Source: a virus (lineage: Duplodnaviria > Caudoviricetes). From it: DNA of 41,112 bases. Shown in pieces: positions 1-8,723 of this stretch (positions are counted from its first letter, which is position 1; every line of letters starts with the position of its first letter). The notes under the pieces are model-generated. The model saw only the letters and a list, made by a program, of their open reading frames with translations. It was not told where the DNA came from and ran no database searches. The stretch covers positions 1-41,112 of the IMG/VR virus record IMGVR_UViG_3300038556_000051; one strand, 5' to 3'. The translations under genes were made by a program, and so were the position numbers.

Positions 1-183
1 ATGACCGTCCTCCTCTACATCGGTGCCCGGATCGCCGGCGGCATCCTTCTTATCGGCGCCGTGAGCGCTGCCACCCTCATCAACGACGGAACGCCTGGAG
101 AGACTTCTGCGGAACAGCGGTGGAAGAAGGCCGTCGCGGTCACGATGGCGCTGTTTGGGGCGGCCCTGCTATTGCTGGGGTAA
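1..183 (+). CDS. Small 2-TM membrane protein
   Basis: 60 aa with two hydrophobic stretches; converges on the downstream operon. Confidence 0.5.
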   Translation: MTVLLYIGARIAGGILLIGAVSAATLINDGTPGETSAEQRWKKAVAVTMALFGAALLLLG

Positions 184-235
184 CTACCCGTCCCGCGGCG
201 GAGCTCCCTCGTGATGGCGTGCGCCGTGAAGCTTA

Positions 236-826
236 TCACTCCGCCGGCGTGGGACGGGAGTTTGGAGACCCAGCCTTAGGTGCGCCTTCCGAGAGCTGCA
301 GCCGCTCGGTGAAATAGTACAGCCCCAGCATGGTAGCGACTATCACATGAGCTACCCAGAACGTCACCCCGAACAGGATCGCACTGCGCACATAAGGCAG
401 CAGGTCGCCGCGCAAAAGCGATTTGGCGCCGGGAGCAAGAGCGTTCCCGATCATCACTAGGATCACCAGCGCGAACGACGAGAACGACAGATATCCGAAC
501 AAGTAAGCCAGAAACCTGCGGCGGCTGAGGCCTTCGACCTCACCCGTCATCCGGGGCGGAGACTGACCGCCCACCTTGTTTGAAAGAGTGTTGGAGCGAT
601 CGGTGGTTATCAGCGTCAAGGCCGCGACGAAAAATCCTCCGAGGATGGCAAGTGGGTTCTGCAGCTGCGCCAAGAGCCCTTCTTTCCCGAACGCGGCCCC
701 GAAATCGGGCCACAGTAGTGACAGAGCGACGGTCGCGGAGGCGCCAAGTGCTGGCAGGACGATGTTGTATCGCCACCAGAAGCGGTGGCGAATCGCCAAA
801 AACCGCAGCGGGGCAAGCAGCGTCAC
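236..826 (-). CDS. 4-TM membrane protein, putative anti-phage effector (RexB-like role)
   Basis: GTG at 826 preceded by SD GGAAGGGA; 196 aa with four hydrophobic helices; starts 23 nt after the stop of 850..1818. Confidence 0.75.
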   Translation of the reverse strand: MTLLAPLRFLAIRHRFWWRYNIVLPALGASATVALSLLWPDFGAAFGKEGLLAQLQNPLAILGGFFVAALTLITTDRSNTLSNKVGGQSPPRMTGEVEGLSRRRFLAYLFGYLSFSSFALVILVMIGNALAPGAKSLLRGDLLPYVRSAILFGVTFWVAHVIVATMLGLYYFTERLQLSEGAPKAGSPNSRPTPAE

Positions 827-849
827 AGATTCCCTTCCGTTGAGAGCAC

Positions 850-1818
850 TCAGGATGGAGCGAGCAGGCTTCCCATCTCCGTTATCATATCGTCCCGGAG
901 CTGCTCGACACAATCGTTCATCACCGATCCGAGCTCGATAATGTACCGCTTGGCGAAAAGCGTCTCGCCGATATCGTCGTTCATCACGTCGATCTTCGCC
1001 CGGTTCGGCACCTCTCGGCTGGTGAGCTCGGCCGACTTGGGTCGGTGCCACTCCACATACATCTCCTCGAACTCGTGCTGCCGCGCGAACGTCTGCACTG
1101 CCCGTATGACGTCGGTCGCTCTTTGGCCGATCGGAACGCTCACCTTCAGACGCATCTCGCGGCGCTTGATCTGGGCGAATGGCGGCGGGTCGAACCGGTT
1201 CTCAGCTATCCGAGCCTGGACAAGCCGCACGGAGCCAAGCTGGCTCCCCTCATCCAGTTCCGCTTTGAGACGTTCGTTTGCGACCACGCTCAGCTCGACC
1301 CGTGGAAGCGCTTTTCTCTCGTTCCCGTCTATATCTATGACCGGAATCTCTTTGTCGCGGAAAACGGTTCGAAGCTGCCGCTGCAGCTCTGGGCGGATCC
1401 TGCTCTGGCCGAGGCCGGTGACTTTCTCGAGGAGTGCTCGGTAGACCCGGCCTCGTGGACTGGCGGGCTCGAGGTTGAACAGAAGATGCGCGGATACAGC
1501 TCGTGCCTCATCATCGCCCTTCCCAAAATGGCGCACCTTCCGCGTTTGTAAGTGGATCAGCGACGCATCGGATGCATCCGGGTCGCCGAACTGAAAGAGG
1601 AGTGCCAGGGCTTTCGCGCCAGAGGGCAGGCGTACAATACGACCATCGGTGATCTGCATCAGAAAACGCTCTGACTCGATCCGATTTACGGCAAGGCCGT
1701 CCTTCACCCGCTCAAGAAGATACCTAGCGATCTCTTCCATCGGGACCGTCTCGCCAGCTGGATTGGTATCGAAGGCGAGGTCGAAGCGAACCACCTCGCG
1801 CTGTTTGGATTGCTGCAT
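850..1818 (-). CDS. Soluble 322-aa protein, putative defence sensor (RexA/DUF4747-like architecture, inferred)
   Basis: Long globular-looking ORF with visibly lower GC than the phage core; operon with the 4-TM gene. Confidence 0.7.
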   Translation of the reverse strand: MQQSKQREVVRFDLAFDTNPAGETVPMEEIARYLLERVKDGLAVNRIESERFLMQITDGRIVRLPSGAKALALLFQFGDPDASDASLIHLQTRKVRHFGKGDDEARAVSAHLLFNLEPASPRGRVYRALLEKVTGLGQSRIRPELQRQLRTVFRDKEIPVIDIDGNERKALPRVELSVVANERLKAELDEGSQLGSVRLVQARIAENRFDPPPFAQIKRREMRLKVSVPIGQRATDVIRAVQTFARQHEFEEMYVEWHRPKSAELTSREVPNRAKIDVMNDDIGETLFAKRYIIELGSVMNDCVEQLRDDMITEMGSLLAPS

Positions 1819-2011
1819 CTAAGCCCCTGCTGTTGCCGGAAGCAGACTTGCAGACGGGAGTGGCAGAGTCGAGTCGCTGCGCCACATGTGCAGTTGTGGA
1901 AGCTGTCGATTGAGTCGCTTCTGGAACGAAACGTTCGAAGAAGATTTAAAGAACCGGAGGCGAGCTCCAGACTTCCTCGCCGCCTCCTCCTAGAGGGCGG
2001 TCTCGATCGCG

Positions 2012-2033
2012 AAAAAAGACCCCTTTCGGTGTC
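2012..2033 (-). terminator. Intrinsic terminator
   Basis: - strand GACACC-GAAA-GGGGTC followed by TTTTTT. Confidence 0.6.
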
Positions 2034-2091
2034 AGGCCGCCCTCGTTTTCAATCTCGCGATGGCATCAAGCAGCACAGCCTCACGGCGACG

Positions 2092-2124
2092 AAAAGACCT
2101 TCCACCGGTGAAGCCGGCGGAAGG
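2092..2124 (-). terminator. Intrinsic terminator-like hairpin
   Basis: - strand CCTTCCGCCGG-CTTCA-CCGGTGGAAGG followed by TCTTTT. Confidence 0.6.
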
Positions 2125-2171
2125 CAAGTCTAAGCTTTGGGTTGCAGCTCGCGGAATGCGAGCATCAGACA

Positions 2172-2196
2172 AACATGACAGTGGCGAAACGGTTCC
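2172..2196 (-). promoter_or_regulatory. Putative sigma-EcfG (general stress response) promoter
   Basis: - strand GGAAC-N16-TGTT. Confidence 0.45.
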
Positions 2197-2277
2197 GCCT
2201 ACGGGCCTGGCGAGCGCGGCCGCCGTCCAGCGCGCTTGGTGGCTCTGCCTCGCGTCCGAGTTGAAAGCGGCCAGCAG

Positions 2278-2814
2278 CTAGCGAACGATGCGCTGCGTCA
2301 GGCTGCCATGACCCACGACAGCGTCGCCGCCCATCACGAGCTCGCCTGCGCGATCACTTTGACGTTCCGCGACCCGGGCCCGCTCGCGCGCGACGGTCAG
2401 ACCTGCGAGCAGCGCCTCGGCCTCAGCCTGCGCAGCTGCCAAGATCGGCCCGATGTGGTCCCGAACAGCAGCTTCATATCCCGCCTTGTCGCGGATCGCG
2501 CGCGCCGTCGGCCAGGCGCCGAGAGGCAAGAGCGCAAGGTCCTGCAGCCGCATGCGGGCCACCTCTGCCATCGCCGCGTAATCGCCCAAGCCCGTCGCTC
2601 TGAGAAAAGGCATGACGCTCCCGACGATCATCGTCCGCCGTCGGTGCAGGGCGAAACTCAGCTGAGCTCGCGCCGTCGCGATCCCGCCACTGTTGCTGGG
2701 CAGCTGACTGGACGATCGTACGTCTTCCGCCGCCAGGATGAACTCATGGTGGCTTTGCGCCAGGCGAGCGCGCATCAAATCGATTTCGGCAGCGCAGAGA
2801 GGACCGGAGATCAT
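2278..2814 (-). CDS. Hypothetical alpha-helical protein
   Basis: 178-aa ORF with protein-like composition; start uncertain. Confidence 0.5.
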   Translation of the reverse strand: MISGPLCAAEIDLMRARLAQSHHEFILAAEDVRSSSQLPSNSGGIATARAQLSFALHRRRTMIVGSVMPFLRATGLGDYAAMAEVARMRLQDLALLPLGAWPTARAIRDKAGYEAAVRDHIGPILAAAQAEAEALLAGLTVARERARVAERQSDRAGELVMGGDAVVGHGSLTQRIVR

Positions 2815-3054
2815 CAGGGAAATAGATCAGATCTCGCAGACATTTTCACCTCGGAGAATCGCGTAGCCGTTCTTCCTCTTGCCTGCGCGACGACTTTGCG
2901 CGAGGACGCGCCTCCGCCGATGATCATCGGTGGCCTGTGGCGCGAGCCATGGGGGACGAGGGCGGCCTCGGAGCAGTTCATCCCTGTGCCGCCCGCACCG
3001 CCCTCGTCCATCCCGCGGCAGCCGAGCAGCGGTCGAGGCGGGGATTTAGGGCTC

Positions 3055-3318
3055 TCACCCGTTCGAGTTCGAACGCGATCGCATCCCTGCCGCCGTGTCC
3101 ATTACGAACACCGTAATCGTGAAAAGAGCCAACCCGCTTTCGCTTTCCGCGCATAACTTGAGCTGCCCGTCAGCCCAGAGTTCATCTGGCGCATCTCGGA
3201 GCATCTCCCCGATCGTTCGAACGGCTTGGTGACGCGCCTCTTCAAGGCTGCCAAGTTCGATACCCTCGCGATCGACGTGCGTACTGCCGTCTTCGGAATG
3301 GAAAAAATAGCGAGCCAT
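3055..3318 (-). CDS. DUF6894-like small protein
   Basis: MARYFFH..DG...DREGIEL..LEEAR..A pattern typical of this alphaproteobacterial family. Confidence 0.8.
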   Translation of the reverse strand: MARYFFHSEDGSTHVDREGIELGSLEEARHQAVRTIGEMLRDAPDELWADGQLKLCAESESGLALFTITVFVMDTAAGMRSRSNSNG

Positions 3319-3352
3319 GCCGCCCCAACTCTGGAACGACCTTTAAGTTCGC

Positions 3353-3574
3353 CTAGGCCGAACGGTTCGAAGATAAGTCGAGGCTTTGATGCGGTCGATG
3401 CTGAAGACCGGGAACGCGACCAACCAGACGCCTCCCCTCCCAAATCTCGCAACCATATTGTTCTCGAAGCTCCATCGCCCGCGAGAACGCGTCCGCGTCG
3501 TCCACCGCCGCAACCTCGTGCACCGTGTCGATCATGCCAGTGCGGGTTAGCTGATAGATCCGATACTCGCCCAT
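3353..3574 (-). CDS. Small alphaproteobacterial hypothetical protein
   Basis: ATG at 3574 with GGGGAGG SD; YRIY...DDADA...EIWEG.RLV pattern. Confidence 0.7.
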   Translation of the reverse strand: MGEYRIYQLTRTGMIDTVHEVAAVDDADAFSRAMELREQYGCEIWEGRRLVGRVPGLQHRPHQSLDLSSNRSA

Positions 3575-3789
3575 CGCCCATCCTCCCCCACTCAGGTGGA
3601 ATCGATAACAGCTGCGCCTTCGTAGACTCATCGCCTCGATTCGAGTCAATAGAATGTTTTAACCTTGAAGAACCACCTCTACGTCTTTTCCGCGACGCCC
3701 GATATGGCACACGTGCCGTTCTCGGACTCTGCTCACGTGGTGGCGTGGCGGCGCTGCAGGAGAGCCGTTAACCTGTGCTCGCGTTTCGC

Positions 3790-3814
3790 GGAACCACATT
3801 GACCGGAGACCGTT
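3790..3814 (+). promoter_or_regulatory. sigma-EcfG/sigmaT-type promoter
   Basis: Exact GGAAC-N16-CGTT, upstream of a GGAGG SD and the 3843 gene. Confidence 0.65.
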
Positions 3815-3842
3815 ACGCTTGCGCATCCATGGGAGGTTGGCA

Positions 3843-4079
3843 GTGCGCAGCATTTTTGGTTCCAGGCCGCAGCCCTGGACCCTCGAGGACGAGGACCTTC
3901 TCAGAAACTTGGCTGCCGGTGGCGCATATCTCCCCGACATCGCCCGCCAGCTCGGACGGTCTCAGCAGGCAGTGCAGAACCGGGCGCTTCGCCTCGGCCT
4001 GGCGGTGACGTCCGGGCCAAGTCGGCGTTACCCCGCGAACAGAGCCTCTCGCCGGCCAAGGCCATCCGCGACGTCATGA
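3843..4079 (+). CDS. GcrA-N-terminal-like HTH protein
   Basis: WT.EDEDLLRNL...G....IARQLGRS..AV..RA.RLGL motif; GTG start 7 nt after GGAGG. Confidence 0.7.
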   Translation: MRSIFGSRPQPWTLEDEDLLRNLAAGGAYLPDIARQLGRSQQAVQNRALRLGLAVTSGPSRRYPANRASRRPRPSATS

Positions 4080-4171
4080 TCAAGGGGTTACCGTCCCCTC
4101 CGTAAATTTCCCTAGGCTATCTACGCCCGGCGCAGGTGGATTTGGTAAATCGTTTGTTCTATCGCCGCGCG

Positions 4172-4309
4172 ATGGACGATCCAAAAAGTCTACTGTCGCT
4201 CGTGAGTGGTCTCGCCGGCTACGTTCAGGGCATGAATAGCATTGCCGGCCTCCTCGTCCCCGGCTCGACTCTCCTCCTCCTCATGGCGATACTGTTCTTC
4301 CAGAGCTGA
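4172..4309 (+). CDS. 45-aa hydrophobic peptide (not in ORF track)
   Basis: MDDPKSLLSLVSGLAGYVQGMNSIAGLLVPGSTLLLLMAILFFQS*; AT-rich upstream region. Confidence 0.4.
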   Translation: MDDPKSLLSLVSGLAGYVQGMNSIAGLLVPGSTLLLLMAILFFQS

Positions 4310-4327
4310 TCGACCGCTCTATCCAGG

Positions 4328-7114
4328 TCAGGCGATCTTCGCTCCCAGCACGCTCACTCCGGCGGTACGAGGGTTGCCGTCGATGTCCCACGGCGCCTGA
4401 AGCACGTCGGCCGCGTTCACCTTTTTCGCGGTTGTGGCGAGGTAGCTCGAGTAGCGGAGCGGGAAGCCCGCTTCGCCGTCAGCCGAGGCGACGATCGAGT
4501 TCGACAGGCCCAGGGAGATCGTGTGGTTCCGGGCCGGGTCATAGTTCAGCCCGGTGATCGCGCCGGTGCCGCTGGCGCGCAGCATCGAGTGAATGATGCC
4601 GCCGGAGATCGTGATGTTGCGCAGGCCGAAGCACGATCGATTGTCGAACGTTCCATTGTCGTTGTCGAACAGGACGAGCAGGTTCTGCGGGCTGCGGCCG
4701 ACGAATGTCGGGCAGCGGACAGACCAGTCGCCACCCGAGTAATTCCAGTAGCCCGGCGTGTAATCGACGGTCGCCTTGTGCGACACATAGTTGACCAGAG
4801 ACACCCGGCAGGGCGCGCGGCTGAACGTGCTGGCCTGCGACGCCCAGGTCGTGCTGAACGTATCGTAGATCGTGCCGGTGCCCGAGGAGGTGCCGTCGCC
4901 GCTGGTGATCGACCTGATCCGGCGATACTCGCCGGTCGCCCGGTTTCGGATGAAATCGTTCGGGCGGAGCTGCGCGCTGCCCTGCACCCCCGAATAGCTG
5001 AAGGTGTTGCCGCCACCCGTCGCCGTGATGACGACGGCCGCGTCGCCGTTGGCGGCGAACGGTGCCGCATAGCTTTGACAGAGCCAAGGCGTGGTCTGGT
5101 TGTGGCCAAGATACATCACGTTCTGGAGCAGGATGTTCTCGTGCTGCTTGCCCGTTGTCCCGTCATTGTCGCAGCCGTAGATGGCAAGGCAGTCGGGGTG
5201 GCCGAGATAGAAGCAGCGGACCAAGTTGCCGGCGAGGATCCCGCTCGCATTGCCCCACACGGTGATCGTCTTCGCGGTGTTGTCGAGGATATCGACCTTC
5301 CACCCGATCGTGTCGAAATCGGTCGAGCCGCCCGCGTTGATCGGATAGCTCGCCGCGTCGCCCGCCTCGTTGGTGAAGCTCAGGTTCGCGCCGTCGTTCA
5401 TGCCGCCGCCGCCGACCTTCGGGCCGGTCAGCGCGCGCATATAGACCTCGGACTGCGAGAAGTTGCCGCCGGCGTTCATGCCGTAGAGTGTCGGCGATCC
5501 CGACAGGGTCAGGGTCGTCTTGCCAGTGCCGGAGTTGTAGCTCGCGCTCGCGACGGTGAGCTCGGTCTCGGCGTGCTGGCGGCCCTCGCCCACACCGAAC
5601 TGCCGCCAGCGCACATCCCATTCGCAATGGCCGTTCTGGTCGCCGTTCGTGAAGTGGTTGGCGAATCCGGTGTAGCGCCCGCGCGAGGCGCGCCGGAACT
5701 TCAGCCCGCCGCACGGGTCCGGCATGTCAACGTCGCTCTCGGCGATCGCAAAATAGTTGCCCTTGCTGAAGTAACCCGGATTGTAGCCCGGATCGCCCGC
5801 CACGCCTCCGATCGGATAGCCGTAGGAGAGAGCGCCGGCCGCGCCGTCCGGGTGGAAGATTTTCGAGCCCTGCGTGAAGGCGCACCCCGAGAAGGCGTTG
5901 CTCGAGGACAGGCCGCCGATGCCGATGCCGCCGGCATAGACGTTCTGGACCGAGAGGCCGACGCCCTGGAACTCGAGCCAGCTATAGATGAAATCGAGCG
6001 AGCCGCGGTTGACCTTGCTGATCCAGGTCTCGCCGGTGTTGCCGGTCGCGCGGCGGATGATGATCTTGTCGCGATTCTCAACCGAGGCGCCGCCGAAGGC
6101 GCTGGCACCGTTCGAGCCGATGTCATACTCGTGCGCGCCGCTGCGGACGAGGTTGAGCACGCGGCGGCCGGTGAGCACGCGGCGGAACGGCGGGCTGGCC
6201 ACCGTGCCGTCATAGTCGTCGGCGATGCCGTTCGAGTTGAGGGCGCGCGTGACGGTCTTCCAAGGTCCGCGCGAGCCGCTGACAAAGGCGGCCGCCTTGC
6301 CGTCCCAGGCGTCGTTGCCGTTGGTGCGATCGACCCAATATTCCTGCACCGGCGTCGGGATCGCGCTGCCGCAGCCGCGTATCGCGATGCGCTCGACCAC
6401 CTCGCGCCCGTTCACCGGCCGCGCGCGGGCATAAAGGAAGGCGCGGCCGTTCACGTTCACCTTGATCGGATAGCCGAACATGCGCGGGTTGTTCGGGTGC
6501 CGAATCATCTGCGTCACCTGGACGGGCGTGCCGCCCTCGAGGCTGAACTCGACATAGCTGATACCCCCATCGTCGGCGGTGCCGGCATAGGCGAGGATCG
6601 TCATGTCCTGCGTGACGTCCTCGCCCCGGAAGACGGAGAAGTGGAGGCTCGGCTGCGCGTCGGAGCCGCTGCCGAAGGTGCTGGCCGACGCAGTCGGCGC
6701 CGCGCCGCCCGAGCCTTCGGTGTCGTTGACGTAGCTGCCGCTCGGGGTGATGGTCTGGACTGACGCGGCATTTGCGAAGGAGAGCGGGATGACGGTCGCG
6801 TTCGGGCTGTTCGTCGCCCGCGCGTCCGCCTCGGTCAGGATGAGGCTTGGGGTCCCGGCCGAGCCCGTCCCGTCATATGTCCAGGTCCGCGCCGCGCCGT
6901 TCACGGTGAAGCCGGGCGGCAGGCTGGTTCCGACGATGCTCGATCCCGCAAGGGCGCCGAAGATGGCCCCTGCTGCAGGGGTCCCGATCGTGAAGGATGT
7001 TTGTGACAGCGACAGCACGCCAAGGGTCGGGCTCGGCGCCGGTGTCGGGGCGGGGCTGGACAGGGCAGCGCCAGTGGCGCGCTGGCCGAGCAGCAGCTGG
7101 ATTGTCGCGCTCAT
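4328..7114 (-). CDS. Large virion fibre/spike, putative beta-helix polysaccharide depolymerase
   Basis: 928 aa, G/S/T/N-rich; N-terminal PAPTPAPSPT linker; YWVDRTNGNDAWDG...GPWKTV motif typical of the start of pectate-lyase-like beta-helices. Confidence 0.65.
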   Translation of the reverse strand: MSATIQLLLGQRATGAALSSPAPTPAPSPTLGVLSLSQTSFTIGTPAAGAIFGALAGSSIVGTSLPPGFTVNGAARTWTYDGTGSAGTPSLILTEADARATNSPNATVIPLSFANAASVQTITPSGSYVNDTEGSGGAAPTASASTFGSGSDAQPSLHFSVFRGEDVTQDMTILAYAGTADDGGISYVEFSLEGGTPVQVTQMIRHPNNPRMFGYPIKVNVNGRAFLYARARPVNGREVVERIAIRGCGSAIPTPVQEYWVDRTNGNDAWDGKAAAFVSGSRGPWKTVTRALNSNGIADDYDGTVASPPFRRVLTGRRVLNLVRSGAHEYDIGSNGASAFGGASVENRDKIIIRRATGNTGETWISKVNRGSLDFIYSWLEFQGVGLSVQNVYAGGIGIGGLSSSNAFSGCAFTQGSKIFHPDGAAGALSYGYPIGGVAGDPGYNPGYFSKGNYFAIAESDVDMPDPCGGLKFRRASRGRYTGFANHFTNGDQNGHCEWDVRWRQFGVGEGRQHAETELTVASASYNSGTGKTTLTLSGSPTLYGMNAGGNFSQSEVYMRALTGPKVGGGGMNDGANLSFTNEAGDAASYPINAGGSTDFDTIGWKVDILDNTAKTITVWGNASGILAGNLVRCFYLGHPDCLAIYGCDNDGTTGKQHENILLQNVMYLGHNQTTPWLCQSYAAPFAANGDAAVVITATGGGNTFSYSGVQGSAQLRPNDFIRNRATGEYRRIRSITSGDGTSSGTGTIYDTFSTTWASQASTFSRAPCRVSLVNYVSHKATVDYTPGYWNYSGGDWSVRCPTFVGRSPQNLLVLFDNDNGTFDNRSCFGLRNITISGGIIHSMLRASGTGAITGLNYDPARNHTISLGLSNSIVASADGEAGFPLRYSSYLATTAKKVNAADVLQAPWDIDGNPRTAGVSVLGAKIA

Positions 7115-7908
7115 CAGTAGCGGCTCTGCAGATAGGCGCGCAGGTCGAGCAGCGGCGTCCCGACAATCTGGGTCCGACTGAACAGACCGGCGTAGAAGCG
7201 CAGGTCCGTCAGTGTCGTGCCGCCGAATCCGCCGCCTGGACCAAGCCGCACGCCGTTGGCAATCGCCGCGGCGCCTGGCGTGGTGTTGGAGCCGGCACCG
7301 CCTTCCGACACCCCGTTTACGAACAGGGCGCCCCAGGGCGGGGTCGAAAAGCCGCTCCCGGTCGTCAGCGCCTCGATCAGGAAGTCGACACCGGCGGCGG
7401 GCGCGCTCGTGGTGTTCATGACGTTCCCGCCCTGGTAGAACTCGATGATGCGGGCCGCCTTGGTCGACAGATAGGGGTTCACGTCCCCGGTGCCGACGTT
7501 GAAGTTGGGCGATACGATCCGGCCATTGTCGATGACGCTCGGCTGTCGCATGGCGACAAACATGTGCATCACGCTCGAGCTGGCCGCGGCCAACGACAGG
7601 AACGCGTTGACGGTCTTGGGCCGCATGTATGGCTTGCCGCCATCGGCGACGTAGACGAAGCAGTCAGTGAGGCTCGGCGCGACCCACAGGATGCCGTTCG
7701 GCGAGACCGGGTGCCGGATGCACGCGATGTCCTGCCCATCCGCAGACACGACAGTGGTGCCAGCGATGTTCTGGAACAGTGTCGAGATGATCGACAGGTC
7801 GAAGGGCGCTTCATAGCCCGTCCAGTCGAACGCCGGCGCAGGCGCCGGGGTGGGGGTTGGGGTGCCGCGCGGTCGCAGCACGAGATCGCTGATCGGCGAG
7901 CCGTACAT
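7114..7908 (-). CDS. Putative fibre protein with ConA/LamG-like beta-sandwich
   Basis: N-terminal PTPTPAPAPA linker; beta-rich; TGATG coupling to the next gene. Confidence 0.55.
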   Translation of the reverse strand: MYGSPISDLVLRPRGTPTPTPAPAPAFDWTGYEAPFDLSIISTLFQNIAGTTVVSADGQDIACIRHPVSPNGILWVAPSLTDCFVYVADGGKPYMRPKTVNAFLSLAAASSSVMHMFVAMRQPSVIDNGRIVSPNFNVGTGDVNPYLSTKAARIIEFYQGGNVMNTTSAPAAGVDFLIEALTTGSGFSTPPWGALFVNGVSEGGAGSNTTPGAAAIANGVRLGPGGGFGGTTLTDLRFYAGLFSRTQIVGTPLLDLRAYLQSRY

Positions 7909-7910
7909 GT

Positions 7911-8498
7911 TCAGCGCACCAGGAAGGGCTTGATGAGGAGCCCCGTCGCACTGTGCGTCGGCGTACCTCGCGTGACACCGACGACGAAAGCGGACATGTA
8001 TCCTGCCAGAGAGGCAGCCTGGGCGTCCCCCTTGATCGGAAGAGGCCTGTTCGATGGGACCGCCACGTGAGCGACACGAGCGCCACCGAGATCTTCCCAG
8101 TCGCCGGACGCGACAGAGACCTTGCCGAGGAACTTGTTCGCATCGGCATCGGTGATGGCGGTGGCTGCGGCTCCTCGGGCCCCCATGCTCGCTGTGCCCG
8201 AGAAGAAGTAGAGATCGAGCGGCTGCCCCTGATCGTCAGCATCGATCAGCGTGACGGATGCGAGCAGAGAGACCCGGCCAACATAGGCAGCGTTGACCAC
8301 CTCGACGGCCGTGAAAAGCACTTGGCCAGTCGCGTAGGCGGTGGTCTGCAGCCCGGGCTGCAGCTCTGGCAGGCTCGCGTCCGAGGCGACGATCGCCGAG
8401 CCCGGCGGTCCGGTGACCACCTCGGCGAAGGTGCCATCTCCCATGTCCCGGAAGCGCGTCGGCATCCCCGTCATCCGCTCGATCACAATGTCAGGCAT
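7911..8498 (-). CDS. Putative virion spike-base/structural protein
   Basis: 195-aa beta-rich ORF with GGAG SD; first gene of the post-lysis trio. Confidence 0.5.
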   Translation of the reverse strand: MPDIVIERMTGMPTRFRDMGDGTFAEVVTGPPGSAIVASDASLPELQPGLQTTAYATGQVLFTAVEVVNAAYVGRVSLLASVTLIDADDQGQPLDLYFFSGTASMGARGAAATAITDADANKFLGKVSVASGDWEDLGGARVAHVAVPSNRPLPIKGDAQAASLAGYMSAFVVGVTRGTPTHSATGLLIKPFLVR

Positions 8499-8534
8499 AG
8501 TCAGTCTCCAAAGGTCAGGTGGCAGGAGCGGGAC

Positions 8535-8723
8535 TTACTGGCCCGCGACGGCGCACACGGTCGCGGCCGCGGCCTGCGCCTGGTCGAGCCGGTGCTGGGC
8601 CTCATCGAGGATGCGGCGGCCGTAGGCGCACGGGCTTTCGCCCGGGCGCGGGCCAATCATGGCGCCGGTCGTGGCGCAGCTGCTCAGCGCCGCCGCGCAG
8701 GCAGCGAGGATCAGGTGCTTCAT
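8535..8723 (-). CDS. Small lipoprotein (spanin/o-spanin-like)
   Basis: MKHLILAACAAALSSC lipobox; ATGA overlap with the upstream gene; 62 aa. Confidence 0.65.
   Translation of the reverse strand: MKHLILAACAAALSSCATTGAMIGPRPGESPCAYGRRILDEAQHRLDQAQAAAATVCAVAGQ

Noticed and set aside
827-1051. N-terminal extension of the 271-aa ORF call
   Set aside because: Overlaps the upstream gene; the SD-supported GTG at 826 is the better start
2236-3156. 306-aa + ORF and 65-aa - ORF (2814..3011)
   Set aside because: The first is an in-register shadow of 2278..2814; the second has no convincing protein features
3655-3775. TTAACC half-sites as CtrA boxes
   Set aside because: No full TTAA-N7-TTAA; half-sites alone are too weak
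4523-6763. 746-aa + strand ORF (likewise 13178..14935, 24047..25909, 29524..31164, 38851..40224)
   Set aside because: Antisense shadows of GC-rich genes with R/A/V-rich nonsense sequence and no SD or coupling pattern, unlike the cro-cII modules
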